Shown one piece after another: positions 57,184-64,000 of a stretch of DNA of 64,000 nucleotides. The stretch lies in the NCBI GenBank assembly GCA_000004985.1, contig GG738871.1; one strand, given 5' to 3'. The DNA comes from Naegleria gruberi. Taxonomy: Eukaryota. A model generated the notes under the pieces. That model saw only the letters and a list, made by a program, of their open reading frames with translations, was not told the origin of the DNA and made no database searches. The translations under genes and the position numbers were made by a program. The first letter of the stretch is position 1. Every line of letters begins with the position of its first letter.

Positions 57184-58807
57184 TTAGTAAAAGGAAATAT
57201 TCATCTTGGCAAGTTGCCTTGGTGCAATATAGGAATAGTAAATCCACTTTTCTAAGAATTGAGGTTTTTTGTGTCTATACTTTACAATGAAAGGATGTTG
57301 GAGAAGACTTGTCGCACTTGGTCTTTCTTTTCTATTGACTCTTAATGTAGAATAAATAAAATCTTTGAACTCGTCAGATGCACCTTCGAGAGGGAATGGA
57401 GCATCAGTTGATTTTTCCAAAAAGTTTAACATGTCCCATATTGAGGCGTTAGCACTTAAAACAAATGGAAATACTCCTAGAAATGCTTCAGCAATAGTTA
57501 AACCAAATGACCAAATATCTGAATCGTAAGAATGTGGTTGACCTCTAATTCTCTCGATCGACATGTATGCATGGGTTCCACAGTATGTTTCAAATTTACA
57601 GGTTTGTTGGAGATTTTGCAAGTACTTTTGTGATCTTTCTAGACCAGCCATTCCAAAGTCTGCAATGCAAACCTCTCCTGTATTGTGGACCAAAACATTG
57701 GCAGGTTTCTTTTAACCATTATTAATCATCAAGATTCAATAAACTTACAATATCTCGATGAACAATTTTCTTTACAGTGTGCAAATATTCCAACCCTAAA
57801 AGCAATTGTTCACAAATCCTCGAAAGAATACTCTCTGGTATTCTGCCTGAAACAGCTAAAACATCTTCCAAAGATCCACAATCTTAAACAGTTACAAATA
57901 GAGCTAGTTCAATTACATACCCATAAATTTCAGTATCATTAAAATACAGCCTTGTCTATAATAGGCGTCATATAGAGTCATTACATAGGGACAGTCGCTG
58001 AAATAAACAAGTAAATGAATCATTGACATTTTCAAAAACTTACTTGTTATACAGTGCTTTAAATTCTGAGACAATTAACTTGGGTTTTTGATCGTTTAAA
58101 TCTACAGTAATTTTCTTCATTGCATAAATTTGTTTCGTCTTTTTATGCATTACTTTATAGACTGTTGAGGAGGCTCCCTTTCCTAATTTACAAACTTCCT
58201 CAAGATCCTCATAAATCATGTGTTCAGTATTTACAAAAGACATGGATGATGAAACGTTATTAGAAGGTGATGAAGAGGTAGAATAATCCATGCTAGTCCT
58301 AAATTGTTCTGATGCAATACTTCCACCACTCGATGGAGATGACTGCAAAAAGGGAGTATGCAATTTTGAAATGGTAGATTGATGAATACCATCTTGACCA
58401 ATCACAATTTGATCTCCAAATCTAAATGTTCCATCATTTCTATTAGTTTATAGTTTTTGATCCAATTCATGATGATATTGTGACGATTAAATAATAATAT
58501 TTAATAATTCAAAATACTATTATATACTGTACATTTTAACTGCTTCATCCACATATTTCTCCTCAGCAATTTTAATTATTTCCGTTGGAATAGTCGTATC
58601 TGGTTGTTCCGATGGTGTTGTTACATTTCCCAATATTAAATTTGTAGGTTTGTTTTTTCTAGGCTTTTTTGATTTGTTACTTGATGATGGTGAAGATGAA
58701 ATAGATGGTGAGGAAACATTCGATGAACTCGAGTAATCTTCATCATCCAAATTCATTCCACTCAATGAGGTTGTTATATTGGTGAGGTTGCAACCTTCTT
58801 CTCCCAT
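57184..58807 (-). CDS. MAP kinase kinase (MEK/STE7 family) with an N-terminal MAPK-docking motif. There are at least five exons: 58529-58807 (approx.), 58044-58428 (approx.), 57921..57997, 57749..57882 and 57184..57708.
   Basis: The spliced product is ...LGKGASSTVYKVMHKKTKQIYAMKKI...[101 protein letters not shown]...YMSIERIRGQPHSYDSDIWSFGLT. It is collinear with human MEK1 (NSPYIVGFYGAF...MEHMDGGSLDQV...HRDVKPSNILV...CDFG...[22 protein letters not shown]). Introns 57998..58043, 57883..57920 and 57709..57748 are all GT-AG and phase-consistent. The N-terminal exon carries the D-site KKPRKNKPTNLILG. Confidence 0.75.
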
Positions 58808-59638
58808 TATTTCTTCTCAATTTTGTTGTTGTTGTTGTGGTGGAATTTGTTGTGGTTGTATTGCTGTTGGCTAAGAAGAGAAAAAAATTCGTGATAATGA
58901 TGACTACAGCAACCTCTTGATGGTGATCAAAGAACTAATTCAAGCAAAGAAGAAGTAGTGAAGAAAAATAGTAGTACTGCTCGGATGGAGAGAATGATGT
59001 GTTTCTGATTATCTCTATGGTGAGAATTTTTTTGATTTAAAGAAGAGACTTGATCTTTGTCAACTATCATCGGTTACATTCCGTTCTTTCCTTTCTATTG
59101 GTTGGCATTACGTTTTATTTTACTCTCAATTAATATTACAAATTTTAAATTTAATTATCATGTGATGAAATTTTCAGTGCATACAATCATGGTTGCATTT
59201 GGATTGATTTCAAGTCATTACGGTATTTAAAGCCTTAAATTTGAAAAATCGAAAAGTCCATGCAAGGTTTTAATGCTGAACTTGGAGGTTGCCATCTTTG
59301 AAGAAAAGTTGGAGAGACACTTTCACTTACAGCACTTTAATGATAAGACAATGTTTTGTAACAGCACTATATCAAGCCAAACAGGTAATAATGTCTATTT
59401 GGAATTGATTTTGTTGCATTTTACCGTTGACAGTTAGTTGATTGAATTTTGCATTGTTGTGTTCTTTGAACAAAACACCGTTCCCATCAATCACTTAATA
59501 GTACCAAAATTGACATTGATTTCACGATTGTGGAGCTACTAAGGTTTGACATGACGAGGGAATTGAACAGTTACCCGAACAGCATACAATTTCAGTGTCT
59601 GGCTTTTAACAAACACAAAAAACAAAAATCAAAAAAAC
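58808..59638. promoter_or_regulatory. Long divergent intergenic region between the MAP2K gene (minus strand) and the second cysteine-rich surface protein gene (plus strand).
   Basis: An 830-bp non-coding spacer between two start codons. No verified elements. Confidence 0.25.
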
Positions 59639-62600
59639 ATGGTTACTGGAGGCAATCTTTCAGTATCTTGCTTTAAACAAGATGTAAAATCAGTTAGAGG
59701 CCTCATTGTCCTTCTCTTGTTGATTCTCTGTTTGACAACAATTGAGAAATGTTGTGGATATTACTACACAATGAATACTGTTGGTACCTTCACTTCTGGA
59801 ACCACCTTGTATCAAATGGACAAGTCCAAATTCTTCGCTAACAGATTCTACGTAGCAACAAGTGGAGGTCTTCAGTATTTCACTGTATCAAGTGGTGTGG
59901 CAAATCCAAGTAATTCTTATGTGTATAGTGGTGGGTTTCAAACTACCAGTATGGCAAATGTTGTTGTCAGAAGTACATCATCAAGTAAAGATGATGTTTT
60001 TTCTGGTACCATTAACACCTCCACTTGGAGGTATGGTTCAATAGCCAGTTCAACCACTACTGGTAATTCACTCACCAGTTGTGGCGTTATTGTTGCTGGT
60101 GTAAAACTCGATGCAAGCTCTACAACTTTTTCTGTGATTGGCAATGGTGTTGTGGGTACATTAACAATGACAACAGGTGGTAGTGCATCTTGTTCTGCAG
60201 TTACCTCATTTACAGGAGTTTCTGGCACAAGTACCACGCCATCTACTGATGGCACAGGTAGCGCAGCTACTGTTTACTCTAGTGGTACTCATGACATTAC
60301 CAAAAATTCAACATCTGGTGTAAGTATGAGAAAATTCAATTAATTAGATCTAACAACTGGCAGGTTTATTATTTTACTGAGGATTCAAAGATTAGAAAGG
60401 TTGTTTCAACTACTATCACAACTCTGGTAGGAGGAACTACTGGTACAGTGACAGATGGTACTCTCTCCTCTGCTACAGTTAAAAATCCAAGTTTCATGTC
60501 CATCTTGGGTGCAGGTGTAAGTTTTATTGCATTGTTATGATATATTAAACTGTTAACAGCTTGTATTTTCGGATACTGGTAGTAATAGAATTAGAGTTTT
60601 GGATACAGCCAATGAAGAAGTTGTTACTATTGCTGGTGGTGGCTCAACTACCCCATCAGGTACTGCTTCACTATCTGGTGCAGCAACAGGTTTTTCTTTA
60701 ACTAGCCCAAGAGGCATTTATGTGGACACTGATGACAGTATTTATTTTGTTGAAGGAATTTATGTTAGAAAGCTTGTCTATTCTTGTGAAGCAAATGAAA
60801 TTTATCAAGCAGGCTCATTCCCACCATGTGCTTGTAATACTACTGCTGGTTATGTGAGATCTGGAACTTCTTGCGTACCTACCTGTTCCAATTGTAATGT
60901 CAATCAAACATGTACTGGTCCAGAAACTTGTTCTTGTAAGAGTGGATATTCAGGAACAGATTGTTCTGCTTTTACCTGTTTTGGTGTAGCTCAAGATTCT
61001 ACATCTGTTTGTAATTCTAAAGGATATTGTGTTGCACCTGACACGTGTATATGTAGTGATACCTCCACTTTCTTTGGGTCAAATTGTAATGTGACTTATT
61101 GTAATTCTATTCCATCAACGAGTGGTAGTGTTTGTTCAGGACATGGAAGTTGTACTGATTATAATACTTGTACTTGTAGTGATACCAATTCATGGACAGG
61201 ATCTGATTGTGGAACACCTGTATGTGCAGTTGTGAGTGGAGGTGTTTGTTCTGGAAGAGGTAGTTGTACAGCTCCAAATATTTGCACTTGTAATGAACCA
61301 TCAAAATATGGTGGATCTTCATGTGAAATTCCAAAATGTAATGGAACACTTCAAGGCAATTCTGGTGTTTGCAATGGAAGAGGTTCTTGTATTGATGTTG
61401 ATACTTGTCAATGCACTGTTCCAACCTCTTGGGGTGGTTCATTCTGTGAAAAACCATACTGCTCTGGAATTTTACAAGGTGCAGCTGGTGTTTGTTCAAA
61501 TAGAGGAGTTTGTTCATCTCCTGATTCTTGTGTTTGTAATGAACAAACAAAGTATGGTGGTTCAAATTGTCAACTTGTCAAATGTGGAGGTTATTTGGAA
61601 ACAGACTCTGCTGTTTGTAACAAGAATGGTTCATGTATTGCTGTTGATACTTGTTCCTGTAATTCAAATTATGGTGGTTCAGATTGTCAATATCCAAAGT
61701 GTAATGGCATTGCTTCGAATAGTGGTAGTGTTTGTAATTCACAAGGATCATGTGTTGCACCAAATGTTTGTGTCTGTAATTCAAATTATGCTGGACCATT
61801 ATGCGAATATCCAAAATGTAATGGCGTAGCTTCCAATGATGCAAGTGTTTGCAATTCGAATGGAACTTGTACTGGTGTTAATACTTGTGTTTGTAATGTT
61901 AACTATACAGGATCATATTGTCAATATCCAAAATGTAATGGAATATCTTCCAATGATGCAAGTGTTTGTAATAACAAAGGTGGTAATTGTATTGCACCAA
62001 ATGTTTGTTCATGTAATTCAAGTTATACTGGTCAATTCTGTCAATTCCCAAAGTGTAATGGTATTGGATCCAATGATGCAAGTGTTTGTAATGCAAATGG
62101 TACTTGTATTGGAATTAATGTTTGTTCATGCAATTCAAATTATGCTGGTCCATATTGTCAATATCCAAAATGTAATGGTATTGCTTCAAATAGTGGTAGT
62201 GTTTGTAATTCACAAGGATCATGTGTTGCACCAAATGTTTGCGCCTGTAATTCAAATTATGCTGGTACATATTGTGATAAACCAAGATGTGGAACCTTTT
62301 ATAAGGGAGATGCTTCTGTTTGTAATTCGAGAGGTAGTTGTGATGCTGTTGATAGTTGTACTTGTAGTGATACATCTTCTTGGGGTGGTAATTTGTGTCA
62401 ATATCCAAAATGTAATGGTGTTCTTTCAAATATTGGAACTGTTTGTAGCAGTAGAGGTACTTGTCAATCTCCAAACAATTGTTCATGCACTGATCCAAAT
62501 TCATATGGTGGTTCATATTGTGAAAAAGCAAAATGTTATGGAATTCTTCAAGGAGATTCAAATGTTTGCAGTGGACATGGTACTTGTAGTGGTGTGAATC

Positions 62601-64000
62601 AATGTTCATGCAGTGCTGGATATGGAGGTGAACAATGTCAATATCCAAAATGTTTCAATATTTTGAGTAATGAAACAACAGTTTGTAACAATAGAAACGG
62701 TACTTGTACTGCACCTGACACTTGTTCATGTAATAATGGATGGACTGGAAGCAAGTGTGATGTTGCCATTTGTTTTTCAATTCTCTCCAATTCAACAAGT
62801 GTTTGTTCAAACAAGAGAGGTAATTGTGTCACACCAGATAATTGTGTTTGTAAAAGTCAATATTCAGGTTCTCAATGTGAATATACCACTTGTTCTGGAA
62901 TAAGATCAGATCAACATCGACAGTATGTTATGGAAATGGTCAATGTATTGATTATTTACTTGTAATTGTACAACTGGTTATGGACCATCCAATGTATGTC
63001 AATATCCAATTTGTGGTGGTTATTTAGCAAATGATACCAGAGTTTGTAACAATTCAAGAGGTGTTTGTTCCAAACCAAATACATGTAGACCATTAGATCC
63101 CGTATGTTATGGTAAAGCTCAGAATAATTCAATGGTTTGCAGTGGAAATGGAGCATGTGTTGATTGGGATTATTGTGAATGTAAAACTGGTTTCAATGGA
63201 AATGAATGTCAAAATTGGGAATGTTATGGAAAGAATTATACCAACTCAAATGTTTGTAACAATAGAAATGGTACCTGTTCATCTGTGAATAATTGTGTTT
63301 GCAACAGTGGATGGTATGGAAATGAATGTACAGTTCCAATGTGTAATGGAATTCTTGCTAATTCATCTCTCATTTGTAACAATAGAAATGGTACCTGCTC
63401 CAAACCAGGTGCATGTCAATGTAATACTGGATACACAGGACCTGATTGCTCCATTCCAATTTGTTATGGAAAATTAGGCAAGTGACACAAGTAATGTTTG
63501 TTCAGGAAGAGCAGAATGTATTGGTTATAACAAGTGTAATTGTGACACTTCCAAGTATAGTGGTTCACAATGTGAATATTTCAAATGTTTTGGTATTCCA
63601 TCAAATGATGCTTCAGTTTGCAGCAGAAACGGAACATGCTCTGGAGTGAATCAATGTTCTTGTAATTATGGTTATGGTTCTTCAAATTGTGACATTTTCA
63701 CATGTTCAAACGTTCTTGCCACCGATTCGAGTGTTTGCACTGGAAAGGGTGTATGTTATGGAATTGACAAGTGTTCATGTGATTCAGGATATTTTGGATC
63801 AAATTGTGAAATTATCTCCTGTTATGGAATTCCAAAGTCCAACAATACTGTATGTGGAGGAGTTGGTGAATGTTCACAACTTGATACATGTGTTTGTGGA
63901 AGCAATTATAGAGGATCAATGTGTGAATTATCTTACACCTCTTCATCTCAAGCAACACTTCAATTCAATAATACGAATGAATATGTGAATGAACAATTCA
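59639..64000 (+). CDS. Paralogue of the 30410..36107 cysteine-rich surface protein: signal peptide, NHL-like N-terminal repeats and EGF/tenascin-like modules. Exons are 59639..60319 and 60364..60516, and a third runs from 60560 to beyond the window end. The frame is disrupted at least three times between 62880 and 63490. It is 3'-partial. It may be a decaying paralogue, or the disruptions may be sequence errors.
   Basis: Introns 60320..60363 and 60517..60559 (GTAAGT...AG) are frame-consistent. The product carries ...LYFSDTGSNRIRVLDTANEE...IYFVEGIYVRKLVYSC... and about 20 six-Cys modules. DNA from 62990 onward is nearly identical to 34290 onward of the first gene. Relative to that paralogue it has single-base indels near 62925, 62950 and 63478, each followed by a stop in the main frame. 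Confidence 0.45.
61290..62660. repeat. Tandem array of units about 120 bp long, encoding six-cysteine modules in the second surface-protein gene.
   Basis: Units beginning ccaaaatgtaatgg... or ccaaagtgtaatgg... recur at about 120-bp spacing. The antisense ORFs here are artefacts. Confidence 0.65.

Noticed and set aside
61100-63160. Antisense ORFs in the second cysteine-rich array (61107..61565, 61578..61844, 61899..62096, 62115..62648, 62956..63156)
   Set aside because: The same artefact as above.
1-64000. Prokaryotic-style defence island, CRISPR array, insertion sequence, integron or operon
   Set aside because: The window is eukaryotic. It has spliceosomal introns with GT-AG borders and eukaryote-specific genes (RAD6 E2, calmodulin, La, DDX23, Rho GTPase, MAP2K). 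There are no Shine-Dalgarno-linked gene strings, no direct-repeat/spacer arrays, and no transposase or integrase ORFs.

Overview
This window is not prokaryotic. It is gene-dense, AT-rich eukaryotic nuclear DNA (roughly two-thirds A+T by eye) with the standard genetic code. About 30 protein-coding genes lie on both strands. Many carry short GT-AG introns, most 38-50 nt and a few 70-220 nt, with donors mostly GTAAGT or GTATGT. Intergenic spacers are 100-800 bp. I found no rRNA, convincing tRNA, CRISPR array, insertion sequence, integron or prokaryotic operon. A Tet/JBP dioxygenase here looks, from memory, very similar to Naegleria NgTet1. The window also holds many Rho GTPase, F-box and cysteine-rich repeat genes, and a repeat protein of the DUF4116 family (a domain of unknown function). 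Together these suggest an amoeboflagellate genome like Naegleria (heteroloboseans). That identification is an inference, not a database result.

Genes I could recognise:
- RAD6/UBC2-type E2 ubiquitin-conjugating enzyme
- DDX23/PRP28 DEAD-box helicase
- Rho-family GTPase with a CAAX box
- calmodulin-like protein
- La protein
- ZIP-family metal transporter
- MAP kinase kinase
- protoporphyrinogen-oxidase-like flavoprotein
- RNA ligase of the Rnl2 family, the type that includes T4 RNA ligase 2 and the kinetoplastid RNA-editing ligases
- TARG1/OARD1-like macro-domain protein
- calpain-like protein that is predicted catalytically dead
- RING finger protein with a coiled coil
- LRR proteins, F-box proteins and the DUF4116 repeat protein
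- very large gene for a protein with an N-terminal C2-type (NT-C2) domain, a long coiled coil and a C-terminal dilute (DIL) cargo-binding domain
- two paralogous giant cysteine-rich repeat surface proteins

The most system-like locus is a divergently transcribed pair of 2-oxoglutarate/Fe(II) dioxygenase genes. One is prolyl-4-hydroxylase-like. The other is a Tet/JBP-family enzyme fused to a chromodomain-like C-terminus.

Other points of interest:
- A family of related introns inside the coiled-coil gene, two of which seem to use GC rather than GT donors.
- Frame disruptions inside the cysteine-rich repeat arrays.
- The Rnl2-type RNA ligase and TARG1-like macro-domain genes lying about 1.2 kb apart with only a Rac gene between them.

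Nothing here looks like a prokaryote-style defence or mobile system.
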